64,000 nt of DNA from Bigelowiella natans CCMP2755 (taxonomy: Eukaryota > Protista > Cercozoa), in assembly GCA_000320545.1 (NCBI GenBank), contig ADNK01001529.1:1-64000 (forward strand), read 5' to 3'. Below are positions 1 through 13,763 of this stretch, piece after piece. The notes under the pieces were generated by a model. That model was not told the origin of the DNA. It saw only the letters and a list, made by a program, of their open reading frames with translations, and made no database searches. How positions within the stretch are numbered: position 1 is the first letter of the stretch; each line of letters begins with the position of its first letter. A program made the translations under genes and the position numbers.

Positions 1-172
1 CCCCCCCCCCCCCTAAATTTAGATTAGATGCATAAAAATTTTTTTTTGAAAATATTTTTGGGGGCGGGTTTTGGCAGGGTGCCCCTTGTGCTCGGGCGCC
101 TTTTCTTTTTTAAATTTTTTTTTTATCCCCTTTGTCCCCCCCCCCCCCCCCCCCCCTCTTAATTGAACAACA

Positions 173-453
173 GGTTCCCTTGCTCGAATCAAGCATTCTA
201 AAGCGAAGCGTGAATCGAAACCTGTGGCTAGGCATTGCCCTTTCATTTGCTGGGGTTGTGCTGTTAACGGCCGACCAAGCCGCATCTGCTGCTGCCTCGA
301 CGTGCGTCTCTTTTAGCAGTACTATTTGTGCTATTTTAGGCCCTTTTCCGTATGGTATCTGTAATGATGCGATGCCAGCATTGCTCATCTCCTACAGATT
401 AGAACCGATGTAGATCGGTCGTATATTAATGGCTACTTTCTTCTCTTTTAACT

Positions 454-504
<51 letters not shown>

Positions 505-1257
505 ACCCGCCTCCCCCTCCCTTCATGCACCCTTCCATCTGGCTTTTTCTCCCTCGCCTCCAGCAGCGCTTCCTCTTTCTCCCTTGCCAGTATGATCAAA
601 GGGGATCTCGTTGTGTTTCTGGCGGCAATAGCGTAAGTTGCTTATTATGCAAGAAGAATAAGAATAGCAAACATTTCCTGGAACCGTGCAATATCACAAG
701 TAAACAAGTATATGCGAGTAGCGGTCTATGTCGTAGCACGGAAACATTCCATTACGCTATGAACCCCCTCCCCCGCCCACCCCCCCCACACATGCCCAAC
801 ATTATATGAACATATAAATGAGTGTGTGCGTGTGCATGAGAATGATCTTGTCGCTGCGTCATCGCTTATCACCCTCGAAGGTACTCAACGCACGTTCTTA
901 GACTAGACGGCTACGCAAAGAAGGTGGTGAGCTTGAAGAATAGCACAATTAGAGCTTGTATCTCACAATGGACTAACATATTACTGGTGCCACATTGAGA
1001 ACCACACGCAACGCCCCATCCGCAGTAAGAGACTTTTGAGCACCCTGAGCGTATTTACGTCGTATGTGCGGGGAGCAAAACGTGTACGTGTTGTTGCCTT
1101 TTTACACAAAGGTGGCACCGCTACAGCTGGCGTTCGGAAAGCAGGTTGTACTCAAGTGTAGGACGTAGAGATTATTCAATGTATTGAGGAGGCGATGGCG
1201 CTTCAAATGCAAATGCAAATGCAGTAGTATATCTGTTTCCATCATCCTGTGTAAACG

Positions 1258-1296
<39 letters not shown>

Positions 1297-2112
1297 GCGC
1301 ACACAAACATATACAAACACACGCACCCGCTGGTAGACCGCGCAGCTAGGGTATTCTTCGATGCTAGCATGGGTCCCAGCATTGCTATCTCCACCTCGTA
1401 TGCAGAGGTGAGTGGCAGTAGTGTTAAGAGTAGTAGTAGTAGTTGTTGTTCTTGTTGTTGTAGTAGTTAGCATGTGTGTATGCATATATATGCAAGCACC
1501 TATGATGCGTTCTTCCGCACCTTGCGTATGTGTGTGTGTGTGTGTGTGTGTGTGTTATATCTTTATTAATCGCATCATATATTGTCCACTATCACATTGG
1601 CAGTTACAGCAATTTCGCGTCAAGTTTAAGCCATGATCAGGCTCTGCAGATGCTCATGGTTGCTACTAGTACTAATACTGATATTAATACTACTACTACT
1701 ACGAACTACTACTCTTCGCTTTCTCTTTGCCTCTTTCTCTCTCTGGTCTTACACTCACCCATCCTTTCATACCTCCCTGCCCCCCTCTCGGCCTGTGATG
1801 AAGATGGGAAAAGGGCGAGGGAGATGGAACAAAACATTTACTATGTGGTGCTATCAGATCGTGATTTGGAATGGGGCAATCTCCAGCGCGTTTACGTCTT
1901 ATGCTCAAAGCTACGGTCAGAGGCGCATACCCGCGACTTTGGCAAGCCTCCTATTCACCACACAGCCCCTTTGGAACGCACTGTTGTGCAGCATTTTCTT
2001 GCATGAGAGCATCGGTGCGATAGGAATTGGCGGTATTACTCTTGTGTTGGCAGCCCTTTCGAACTCACTCCTAAAGCTATCAGAAGACAGCGAAAAGTCC
2101 AAGGAAATCTAA
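173..2112 (+). CDS. EamA/DMT-superfamily transporter, multi-exon, 5' part outside the window
   Basis: AG/GT-bounded exons give VPLLESSILKRSVNRNLWLGIALSFAGVVLL (173-300), MIKGDLVVFLAAIA (591-632), YSTHVLRLDGYAKK and VAPLQLAFGKQ. The last exon 1858-2112 reads NGAISSAFTSYAQSYGQRRIPATLASLLFTTQPLWNALLCSIFLHESIGAIGIGGITLVLAA, typical of the second EamA repeat. Confidence 0.85.
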
Positions 2113-2754
2113 GCTTTACGAGCTGTAATAGTCGTCATTGCAATTTGTGTCATGTGCGCAGCGTGTATGGCTTTATATGTCAAAATCAGTAACGTCATTG
2201 TGTACGCGGGGAATCGAAGGATTCGACATGCTATCATGAAGAAGTAACGACGCCGTACGTCGCATGAACTGCAGATCAAGAACCCTGCTGCTATTATTGG
2301 CTATTCATAAAACGTAAACGATGCACACGTCATATATACGGCGCGCAAAATCGTTGCATGCTCACATTCTAATTATTATAGGTGCTCCACTTTCTGTGCT
2401 GTTTTTAGCGTAGCGGCAACTTATTTGCTCTATGGCAAGCTACGCCTGATCTATGTCGTCAGCATGTGTGAGACAGCTGCAATGGAAAAGATTGCATTTC
2501 ATCATTGACCGTCCTCATCTAGATCCTTGTGCGTGTGCACAGCAGCGGCTACGGCACGCACACAGCTAAAGATTAATTTGGATCGCTGGGGAACATTATC
2601 TCTCAGAATGCAGAACGCCAGGAGAGTTATATTTTATGTGATTCATTCATTTATCATATCGATAGACATTATTTCGAGGATATTCACTCATCATCATTCT
2701 CGCGCACTTGAGCTGGAATTACTGGATTAAACTATAGAATAAAAGCTATTGAGC

Positions 2755-3542
2755 CTACGAACAATTTAAATCTTCTGGCCACCATGTTAGACAGCTAATT
2801 CCAAGTCTCCTAATCCAATTACCACCGCTAAAGCTTCTTTTCGGAATGTAGATTGGCGGGTGAGGCAAAGGCATCTTCAAAATACTATTACCCGAATATC
2901 TACTTGTCAATTTAATATGTACAATCTTTTTACGGATGGGAGGCGGTGGGTTCCACCCTTCGCAAAGGAATTCAATTTAGCCCTCTTGATCTCATCATTA
3001 TATAACCGAGTAAATCTCAGTGAATTCGGGTGCTCTATCGTTTTCATCCTCGTTACTTCTCCAAGGCTTGCTTGCCTCATTTCTTAAGTACATGGCCGGG
3101 GCGTCGCTTTCAGAAGAGGGGTTTCCTTTCTTTGTTGACAAGTTGTGCTGTTGCTCCTCGGATAAACGCAGCTGGAAGATATTGTCTGATTTCATGGTAG
3201 AACCATCCTCGACGTCGAAACTTGGATTGGCAGGTGCCCCTCCCTCTTTCTCCCTCATGGTTGAATTCAGCCTTCTTCTATCATCAGATGTTCTCTCTAG
3301 ATCTGGATCATAAGCACATGTGCGAGGCAGGTGTGGGTTGGGATTTAGTCGCCGTATCTTCCTGCCTGCTAATTTGGCTTCCTTTTTAACTGGGAGTACA
3401 ACAACCCATGTGAGCCACTGATTGAGCACACAGATAGACTAAAGAATCACCTTCTTCTATAGCATCAAACCCACTGAAAAAGTTATCGTCACTCGCACAC
3501 TTTTCTGCTATTATATTGCAACCTGGAGAAAGTCCATATACA

Positions 3543-3593
<51 letters not shown>

Positions 3594-5092
3594 CGCGCAT
3601 GCGTCGCCTGTAGATGTCGTGATCCAACCTTCGTGCTCTAATGGACATCTGCTAAATGCACAAGCGCAGCAAGGCTCATCTCCAGATTTACAAAAAGATT
3701 TGAACTCTATGCATTCCGGCTGTGGGAAATCAATAAGAAGAACATCATAGCAGCAAGAATACAATGAGTAAACTGCAAACCGAGTTCGCTGTATTTGTCG
3801 GATTATTGTGGAGGTACCAATAGGCGAAGGCAAGTTTCTAATCTTGTCTGGCAGAATCTATCATAGGGAGCCATGTGACTGTGGAAAACAACAACAAAAA
3901 GGATCAAATCAAGATATGGGAAGTCGAGAGGGGGAAATGAAATCATACCAGTAAAACCTGGCGACCTCTAACTCACAGACCCCGGCGAACCCGTGTGCAA
4001 AAGCTGCGATTTGTGGAATGCGATTCAATGATTGGTCAGTGGGGCTGGATTTTCAAAGTTTTATCTCCATTTACATTGCGGATTTTCGTCCTCATGCCGC
4101 ATTATCATGGACTGGACTGCGGGTTGCGTCTTCATTAGGTATCTTTGCATCCGTCTCACCTGAACGTTGCAATGCTGCTATCATTACATGCCTGTATTTG
4201 CCACTAATGCTATGAAATCGCGCAAATTTCGTCCTAACTACCTCTGGGGTCATAGCAAACACTTGGAGGTTTGGAATGAAGCCTATCATTGCCAAAACAA
4301 CAGCCAAGGTTGGCCCACCGGAGGTGGGGGTCATGAGCGCGGTGCTAGTTCGTAGTTCGTCGTTCGAGATCAGTGTGTAACTGCATTGCATTTTTGTCCA
4401 ACGTCAAGACAAACGTATCATTTTTTGAGCATTTTCGCCTACTGTAAATGTTTACAACGAACATGACAATCCAAAAAAAATACTGCGATAACGAACATGA
4501 ATGTCATCTTATCCAGAAGGGGTTGAAAGTCTACGACAGTGAAAACCCTCAGACTTCATAAACAACGGCCTGCGTGAACCGCATGAGGTACTTTCGTCTC
4601 TTATTAGAAGACCATGTTCAAGACCATGTTCATAAATATCAAGGATTTCCTAGGATTTCCCAGGATTTGCCCGAAGCGACAACATGGATAGGGCGTCATA
4701 AGACCTACTCGTGGTCATATATGTTGTGCTGTAGTCGAATCACTGTCCTACTATGCTCTGCGACATAAGGATGAAGTGATATTTCTGTTTAGTTGGCCTA
4801 ACAATAGCAGTATTCCCATTCTTTCGTTGCTCTTACTTTGGATGCCCAACTCACACGATGCTCCTCGAGAGACTGGGTGTCATCCTTGCTTCCTTGCCTG
4901 AACCACTCCTAAAATCCAACTTTCGTCAAATAAATGGTCGAATCTGTCCATTCTAGATTGTAAGCGAGCCAAGACCAATGGTGTCCTTGGAGTGGGTAAG
5001 AAGGCGTTGTAGTTGAACTCTTGCGAAGCAAACGAGTTTGAATAACAAATAAATCTTCCACAGATTGTGAGCGACTCTGTGAAAACATTCAT
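2755..5092 (-). CDS. Hypothetical multi-exon membrane protein
   Basis: A chain of protein-like minus-strand segments (4880-5092, 4092-4391 with hydrophobic PTLAVVLAMIGFIP, Cys-rich 3600-3750, 2998-3429) is separated by intron-like stretches. No family recognised and boundaries are approximate. Confidence 0.4.
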
Positions 5093-5264
5093 CGCAGCTG
5101 TGGAAGCTATCCTAGCAACCTATTTGGTCTCTACACTTCAGATGAAAATAACGAATTCTTGCTTAGGAATGGTGTAAGTGGTTGCCAGTAGGCGCATGTA
5201 AATTGGCATAAATAAGGAGTTATTATCATTTAAAATGACTTATTCTCAACACCATTAGATTTCA

Positions 5265-5312
5265 TTGAAATCAGAAAGATTCACTCCTGAAAAGGTGAAT
5301 ATTGGTGACCAG

Positions 5313-5393
<81 letters not shown>

Positions 5394-7009
5394 TTTACTT
5401 ATGACGAAATAAATTCTCAGCGACATGTACACTACCACGCATTTGGGATCTCATTGTGGTCGATTTTCGCGGTATTACACGTGCATGGATTGGCACTGCC
5501 TGTTCACTGGATGGTAGCTGTATTCCTTTGGAATACTCTAGGGGTATATACTGTCGTAATTCGCTTATCCCCTGGATGCATCCATCAGAGGGCTATCATA
5601 CCGTAGATTCGTCACCTCACTTTTTTTTTCTTTCTTGCTTCCATTATTTTATCCACCAGTCTGCATCTAACATGACTGGTTGTGTCTCCAAACATCGTAC
5701 TCTACGTCGTGTACAAGCTCACCCCAACTCTCTTACTAATCCCCCTGACCTCCCCTTCCCATCAAAAACTTCCAAAATTGTATGTGTACGTTCTTCAGGC
5801 TTGGCAAGCAGCGGTGGTGACCTATATCGCGCATGGCATTACGCAAGCACACAACATTTTGGTTGCAAGTTCATCCTCTGGCGAGCCATTGAGAGATGGG
5901 AAATACCTTTGGTCTCCCCTGTTCTTTATGGGACTAGTATACTCGATCCTGGTAGAGAGTTTGACGATATCGATTATAATCACTGATCAAATTGCGATTG
6001 AGGTGAGAATAATTTCAATGATTATATAAGTAGTAATATATGATGATCGGAGAATAAGTCATCATATGCTCCTCTACAGTTTCTAGTTGTATTCAGTGGC
6101 ATTTTTGCACATCCAGACTGTTGTTTATTTGTTCACTCTCTTCTGGGTCATCGCCCTTACGTTGCACTCTACACGAGTGCTGATAAAGTTAAGGAGTCGC
6201 ATTAGAGATACCGGTAATATATATGACGATGGCTACCGTAAGTATGTATGCGGAAAATTGAAGTTATAAAGCTGCGTTTTTATATGTATTAATTTAACAT
6301 CGTAACAAAATGATTCATGATTTTCCCCATATCATCACAATCGGCAAGAAACTGATCCACATCTAAATGCAAACCACTCGTCTCCTCGGTTAATAATAGG
6401 CTCGCTACCCACTACAATTAAGAGCGCGCTGTTGAAGAGACTGAGGAGGCTGCTTGTTTTCATCGTGGTGATTGGGTCTACCCTAACCATCATCGGCGGT
6501 TGTCTAGTCTCCAGAAGCACATCTCGTATCAGCGAAGGAAAGATGAAATATTCAGGTAGTGTTAGGATGCTAGAGGGCTTTATGACTCATAAGTGTGTGA
6601 AACGAATCTTGACGTTGTTCTTTCCGGAAATTTGAAAATTTAGCAATTTCTTTGCTTGCTGAAATCAGAGGTGTACCAAGAATCGTACACAAGGTACAGC
6701 TTCAAGTCTGATGCGGGGGCGTACGCACTCTTGCTCCTCAACGCATTCTTTCTGTATTACTCATGGATTTCGGGTTCTAGAAAGACGGACAGTGAAGTCA
6801 CAACGTCGTCGAGCTCACCTCTAACCAATGCACTGATTTTTCCGGAGAATAGCCAGCTGAAACTCTCCACGACCCACAGTCGCATGAACGAGATGGGCTT
6901 GACCCGCAGCGGTAACAAAATGAAGGCTCTAAATGCTGCAAGAAAGAGAGATCATCAAATCGTTATTTCTACGAACTCTTCTGGCGATTATCAACGCATC
7001 AGAGAATAG
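5265..7009 (+). CDS. Multi-pass (about 7 TM) receptor-like membrane protein
   Basis: Spliced exons encode successive hydrophobic helices (FGISLWSIFAVLHVHGL, LWSPLFFMGLVYSILVESLTISIII, VYLFTLFWVIALTLHS, LLVFIVVIGSTLTIIGGCL, AYALLLLNAFFLYYSW). A basic loop (LLKRLRR) and a Ser-rich cytosolic tail follow, ending at TAG 7009. Start uncertain. Confidence 0.6.
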
Positions 7010-7379
7010 ATGAGGTTTATGCAATTTTTGAAAAGCAAAAGACCCACCTGCATCTAAGGATGAGTAGCAACTTCATATTACCGCATCTTCCTTCTCAGTC
7101 ACACTGCAATTCGCTGCTGCTCCATGTGCATGCATCTTATCCTTGCTTCGACCTCAAATGCCACAATTTTAGTTATCCACATCCTAGATATCTAATGAGT
7201 CTAGAATTGCGAAATCTAACAATTTTGCGTAGGTGGAAGTCTGAGAAGAGTGCGATCGTAGCTACGCATGTTTACGCGCATGCACTGGCGCTTGTCATGC
7301 TAACATGCGTCACGTGCTCATCTAGTCATTGTTTGCTCCTACAAATGACATCTGATGTGTTTTCTTAACTGCTGGACTG

Positions 7380-8110
7380 AAGATTTTCATTTCGCTAGCT
7401 AGCTAGTTCTTGTAGTTTTTGCATAAATGCTTTTTGGTTCAATGTTCAATGTTCACAACAACGAGCTCAAACGTCATTTCGTCTGAGATCATTCTGGTAG
7501 CCATTGATGGTTGCAGAGATGCATCCCTGAACACACCTGAGATCGAACAAATGGGCAATCATTTGTCTGATGATGCATCTGTCTGGATCTAGGAATGTGT
7601 ACCAGTTCAGACTGTCGAGTCGTGCAGCATCTTCAGACCTTGCTAGCTTGCGCTGTGAAACTGTTCTTTCGCATTCATCCCACTAGCCAAAGACCTAGCT
7701 AGCTAGATGTAGCCAGTGGAGGTGTTCAATCATGTTGACATTCTAGGATTGCTGTTGCTTATTCATGCATTGTGAGTTGCTGGTGTCATTGCTGTGGTTC
7801 TGTGAGCAGAGAAGGGCTTGAGGATTTGCACGACAAGCTGAGTTGATCTGGTGATGATCAGCCAGCAGCTCTGCACCGTTTGATCCAGTGACGAGGGCAG
7901 CGGGATGCCACACAAGCAATGTCTGGGGTGGGAATTCGTGCAGTAAACACGAGCACATTGAGACGGGAAGCGATGCCATTGTGACATCTCATTGCAAGAT
8001 TAGGCCGCGTGCAAGCCCAGCACTTGAGAACTTCAAAAGAGCAAAGCTAGAAAGTCTCGAAAGCACAAAGGAACAAATTGCTCTTGTGGCCCTTTTCCAG
8101 AGCGGCTGAA
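7380..8110. other. Small TpA-depleted, CTAG-enriched intergenic island
   Basis: About 19 TA in about 730 bp, about 11 of them in CTAG, including GCTAGCTAGCTAG runs near 7394 and 7695. TG/CA-rich. Confidence 0.7.
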
Positions 8111-8344
8111 CGGCCATCCGCTCAGTCCAGACCGTTAAGCCTGTCTTTGATCCTCGCCGGCGACGCCGCAGTGCCCCCCCTCCCCTTTCTTGGTTTGCCG
8201 AGCCGACTACCACTTTGCCGCACGCGTCCTCTCTGGAAAGTCTCCGATTCAAGCGGATTCGTTTCCACAGCGTAAAGAAATCTAGGATAAATAAATAAAT
8301 TTGGCGTTTTCCCCTTGTCGCAGTGTCTGAAACGCCTGAGACTG

Positions 8345-9393
8345 ATGATGATGATGCAGATGATGCCCATCTCCAGAGAGGGCACGATCATGGCCACGAA
8401 CGCTTTCACGCCACGCTCTCACGCTGCAGCCACCGCCTGCATGCTGATTGGGGTGCTGCTGAGCCAAACCTGGGCCGAACGGTCCTGCATGATGCCGGTT
8501 ACGTGACACTGCTCTTTGGTATGTAGGTGGTTGCATTTGTAGCTTCTCGGAACAGCTTGAACGGCCCCAACGTCGTGAGCTCGCCTCTATCATTGGTAGT
8601 GTCCGTAGAAGCACGTTATGCGCAGCACTGCTGAGAATCTGAATGGGATCTGCCTGGCATTTTTCCACATCACAGCCAAAATGCATGCCCCAGTCAATCG
8701 TTTCGCCAGGGGCAGCACACAGTCGTCTTAGCACCAAGAAAGAATCGAGGAGGAGGATTCTTAAAAGCCTTGGTTCGTGACGTTTTGGTCGTCGCCAATT
8801 CCGAATTTTGCGAGCATAAAACAAGTGAAATAACAATGCGATTGCCATCAAATTAGTACGGGCTAGTTCAGAGCCATCGCCATCGTCATCGTCGCCTTCT
8901 TCTTCTTCTTTGGTCGCTTCGAATAAGGCTGAAACAAGTCGTCGCCGTCCTCTGCTACTCGGAATTCCTGCATCTACGGCTGGATCTATACTATCAATGG
9001 CAGATCCTATGGGTCGCACTGCTATTGCCAAGTCCTCCGAGGAAGCGGCATTGCCTCCATATCAGGTACTTCTGCTGGTTAATGATAACGGTGCGCAGTG
9101 ATAGTCGGGTACTTGTGTCTTCATTGTAATACGACCTCACCGGTTCTTTGCCTTCTGCGTCGCTTAGTCTGATTCCATAGCGTTATGTATAGTGCGGATC
9201 TTTCTTTTTAAAAAAAAATCGTTAAGTTGCTGAGCAAAACAGTAAGACGATGATTCAGACTACATGCTTTTTACCAGATTCCAAAGATGGGAATAGGGGC
9301 CTGGGCTTGGGGGGATACGCTATACTGGGGCTACGACGCGAAGAAAGACGATGGTTACGCACGCTGGACACGCACACACACACACGCTCTCTC

Positions 9394-9454
<61 letters not shown>

Positions 9455-9758
9455 GAGAGAGAGACGTTCGTATCTTAATTTCATCTCCCCAATCTTTCTG
9501 CTTGTCTGGATCTCGCTTGTTGCTATTTACTCACCTTTTCTCAACCTACAGAGCTGAAAGAGGCGTACGACTACTGCATGTCTCACGGTACTACTACTAC
9601 TACAACTACTACTGCTACTTCTACTTCTACTACTGCTAAGTGATACGCTTTAATTTGTGTCTCGGTTCTTTCTTGAGTGCCGCTCCCAAACCCTGAAACG
9701 CGGCATTGTTGTTTATGCTGTATTTAAATGTATGATGGTGGATGCTGCAAAAGGCCTG

Positions 9759-9797
<39 letters not shown>

Positions 9798-10894
9798 CAT
9801 TGCTACCCTCTCACCCCCCCCCCCTTTTTTCCTCTCTACTTCCGCATATAGGTGTAAAGTTCTTCGACACTGCGGAGGTGAGGGAGCCATAATGCGTAGA
9901 TACAGCTGCTGTATTTCTTCCTTATCCCCCCCTCAGCTTCCGAACCACCACTTCTTTTAATTGAGAGTTAATATGCCAGTTGTGTAATGCTCACGTTTTT
10001 GGTATACACTCCTTCTTGCCCTCCCCCACCTCCTCCTCCTTAGGTCTATGGATTAGGACGGTCCGAAACGCTCTTAGGTTACCTTATCCTCGCATCCTCT
10101 TACATAAATATCATTTCAATATTTTTGCTAGTGTAGAGCCGCGCCAACAGGGGCTGCTGTGCGTCGCTCTTAGACGCCGATCCACTCCTTTATAATTTAC
10201 TCTTTCGAATAAGGCAAATTTAGCAAGAATGGCCAGACAGCTGAAGTAGCCACGAAATTTGCTGCGCTTCCATGGAGAAGTAAGGCAATTGCACCACTCG
10301 ATGATGATACAACATAGTACGTACTCGCAAGCAACATCGGAACCCTAGCAGCACCTAAGTAGACAAAAACCAGGCAAGGACACGCATTTTGTGGAAACAG
10401 CAGCTATGACGATGACGACGACGACGACGATGATGATGATGATGATGATGATGTAGATGGTGATAGCAACAATGACAATGATAACTATATCTGCAAACGC
10501 TTCAATTCGTACAGGGAGGAAAGATGTAGTCGCTGCCTGCAAAAAGGTCATTCATCCTTAAAGAAATATGGGGAGAGGGGCGGCGGTGGGGCGAGGGGGC
10601 GTTGGGGGGGGGGGGGGGGGGGATGGTACACGAGCAAGTAAAGCTCCTTCATTGTCGCAAAACTGACTCTTAGTGTGTGTGTCGTATCGTTGTTGTATCT
10701 CCTCTCATCATCTACTCAGTCGCTGCAAAGACTGGGCCGGGAGAACATAGAACTGTAGCACACAACTGCCCATCCATTATTGTCACTGTTGATACAATTG
10801 TTAATATCCACTCCTACTATTGCTCCTACTACTACTACTACCACGCAAAGATCTGCTGTATCTTCGACTGTGGATGCTGATAAACTTCTAACAA

Positions 10895-10936
<42 letters not shown>

Positions 10937-10949
10937 ATGTGTGAGTGTG

Positions 10950-10988
<39 letters not shown>

Positions 10989-11361
10989 AGATTTCGCGTA
11001 TCTTATCGATTTTTCCCTGCAGATACCAGATTCATTTCCCCGGCGCGTTTAACAATAAGGTGAAGAATAGGTTTTCCTTTGCAATCAAGATTAAGATCGC
11101 CGTATTAAGAGCAACCGCTTGTAGTTGTACGACTTTTAGTATTTCATTTATCGCTCGCTTTTATCGACTGCGTTTCGTTCTCGTCATGCAGGAGTTCTGG
11201 GATGGTCTAGCTGATTGCTATGAGCAAGGACTCGTAAGGTTGCAGTAAGAGTAGTACCAGGAGCAGTAGTAATGACCGCGTTGGAAGTGGAGAGTGGTGT
11301 TGGGTGTGGTAGTTATATGCTGTGATTAAGAGCGGTGATAAATATAATCCATATTTATATA

Positions 11362-11402
<41 letters not shown>

Positions 11403-11777
11403 CATTCTAACAGATCGGTGGGAGTGTCAAACTATGGGGTCGAAGCTCTTAGTGCCGTGTGGAAAGAGCTCAAGCAGAGAGGTAGCAGCAACATTATTCT
11501 TCAGCGTATTATCCATGTTGACCTCATCAGTGCTGCATTTTTGACACGATGCTTTTAAATTTCGCACATCCTGTAAAGCTGTATTTCCTTGCCATGGTGT
11601 GGTTACTTCGAGACCATATGTCATCATCATCATCATCATCATCATTATCATCATTATCATCATCATTACTAACACCGATTTATAGGTGTCCCCCTGGCCT
11701 CGAATCAGATTCAGTACTCATTGTTGTATCGTTATCCTGAGGAAAACGATCTTAAGGCATGGAAGAGCACACTTTCT

Positions 11778-11876
<99 letters not shown>

Positions 11877-13161
11877 CGCGTTTGGTTGCTTCATGCCTGA
11901 TTAACGCCACCGCTCCTCTCGGCGCACGTCAAATATTACGTCACTTCCTGCCGCAGCAAGCATGCGACGACCTCGGAGTAAAGATCCTGGCCTACTCGCC
12001 TCTAAATCAAGGTGGAAGGAGAACGACGGACCGTCAACAAGGGAGACACGTACTCATGCTGCATCGTATTTGTTGTATAGGCTTCCTGACGGGTAAGTAC
12101 ACGATGGAGAACCTCCCCAAAGGCCCACGAGCATCCATCGCTCGAAAGCTTCTGCAGGATTCGGGGTATACGATGAGAAGTAGAGGGTCGTTTATGTCGA
12201 TGCTCCCAGGCATTTATGAATCACGAAGAGAGGAAGAGAGAGGAAGAGGAGGAGAGAGAGGGAGAGAGAGAGAGAGAGGCTTTATTTTACATTCATGTGC
12301 GCCTAAAAAAGTAACATTCCTCCCCTCCCTACCATCGATGCAACCCCCATGATGCGTGATAAGGTATACGGAATTGATGACTTCAATGCAGTCGGTAGCG
12401 GATCAGACAAGCTCCACAAAGGCACAGGTTTTTGAAGACTCGCGATGTTGAATGCGTGTGAGACCGCAATCAATCCTCAGAGAAATAAACCAATTTCAAG
12501 TCGCAATTGCTTTGCTATTCCAGCCCAACATCGAGGCTTCTTTGCTTTCGCAGCAACCACTCTCGGGCCTCGCGCAAACTACTTCTCCTTTCCTTTCATT
12601 CGATCCGCTAACATTGTGCGTATTCTTCGCTGTAGGTCGCTCTGGCATGGTGTATCGTGAAGGGAACATGTACTGGAGCATCAATGCAGTGATGTGTATG
12701 TGTGTGTGTGTGTGTACGCGCCATTTGAGAAGTGAAAAGTTACTTTCGGAAACCGATTGGGGAATGATAGATGGACTCTTGGACAAAACTCGCATGTGTT
12801 CAGGTCCGATCCCCGGTGCTAGGAATCTGCGACAGGCAAAGGAAAATTGCGCTGCGCTCAACGTTGGGCTAAACAAAGAGCAGGTTTCTCTTTTGGATAC
12901 CGCAGCTGCAAGAGTAAGTGGGACAACAGCTTGGCGAACATGATGGGCTGTCATGCGACCTAGACACGTGCAATGTTGGACATTGTATCCACTTCCATCC
13001 ACTAGTCCTTGTGCGGAGAATCTTTGTTGATTGAGATGTTGTTACTGTTGTTGCTGTATTCATCAAACCTATCTGTTTAGGTGTCCCCTCCAATCACTCC
13101 TGAGAGCCTCCCATTTCCAAAATACGACAAGGACCTCGGGATACGGATGTTTGATTCCTAA
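8345..13161 (+). CDS. Aldo/keto reductase (pyridoxal-reductase-like) with N-terminal targeting extension, about 20 exons
   Basis: Exons assemble to MGIGAWAWGDTLYWGY..ELKEAYDYCMSHGVKFFDTAEVYGLGRSE..VATKFAALPWR..SLQRLGRENIELYQIHFP..GLVRSVGVSNY..PLASNQIQYSLL..ILAYSPLNQGFLTGKY..AQVALAWC..PIPGARNLRQAKEN..VSPPITPESLPFPKYDKDLGIRMFDS*. The catalytic D/Y/K/H tetrad is present. Confidence 0.93.
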
Positions 13162-13181
13162 GTAAAAGGACAGTCTAGACA

Positions 13182-13763
13182 GTGCTAAAATTTTGTGGAG
13201 AGAATGCAAGTGCGTACGCATGTGCAAATGAACATGGTGCAAACAAAGCAAGCGGAAAGTCGCATTCACCTCATGCTGTTCATTGTTTACTTTTCATCTT
13301 TTCATCTCAAATGCATGTGAATGTGATGGTCATGCATGCGACAGACTGTGACAGAGTCAAGAGACTCACTCAAACGGCCTCAACTTCGTTCAGCACCGAA
13401 TTGTCAATTCTTCAACACACTTGTGTCAACAAATTTGAAAAGGTGAAGAGGTCGGGGATGCACTCCGTCACATCAGTTTCCAAGAACGTGCTGCGTCAAG
13501 TTTGTGAGCGCCCAACAGCAGCTCATGCTTTGTGTGTGGGAGGTTCGCAAAACCTGAACTTGCATTGTAAAGATGCACACTCCGTTCAGAAACCGAAACT
13601 GATCAGTGAAGTCCTTCATTTCAAGCCGAACAGAAAGAGAGGCAGAAAGCCCGATCCAGAGATGAAACGGATGACAGGAAGGAAGATGCTGGCGCTAGGA
13701 AAGAAGGTGAAGGACATCGGCAGGGTCGCACTTGAATCCCACATGCCAGCATGGACAACGTGA
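13182..13763 (+). pseudogene. Relic ORF of unknown function with a basic KRGRKP (AT-hook/NLS-like) motif
   Basis: 193-aa protein-like ORF, Tyr-free after its first residues, with His/Cys excess. No family recognised. Confidence 0.3.

Noticed and set aside
429-1636. ORFs with SLSLSL, CVCVCV, YIYIYI or THTHTH runs, here and throughout the window
   Set aside because: They are translations of intronic microsatellites.
8282-9031. 249-aa minus-strand ORF
   Set aside because: It overlaps the 5' exons of the plus-strand reductase and has no recognisable domain.
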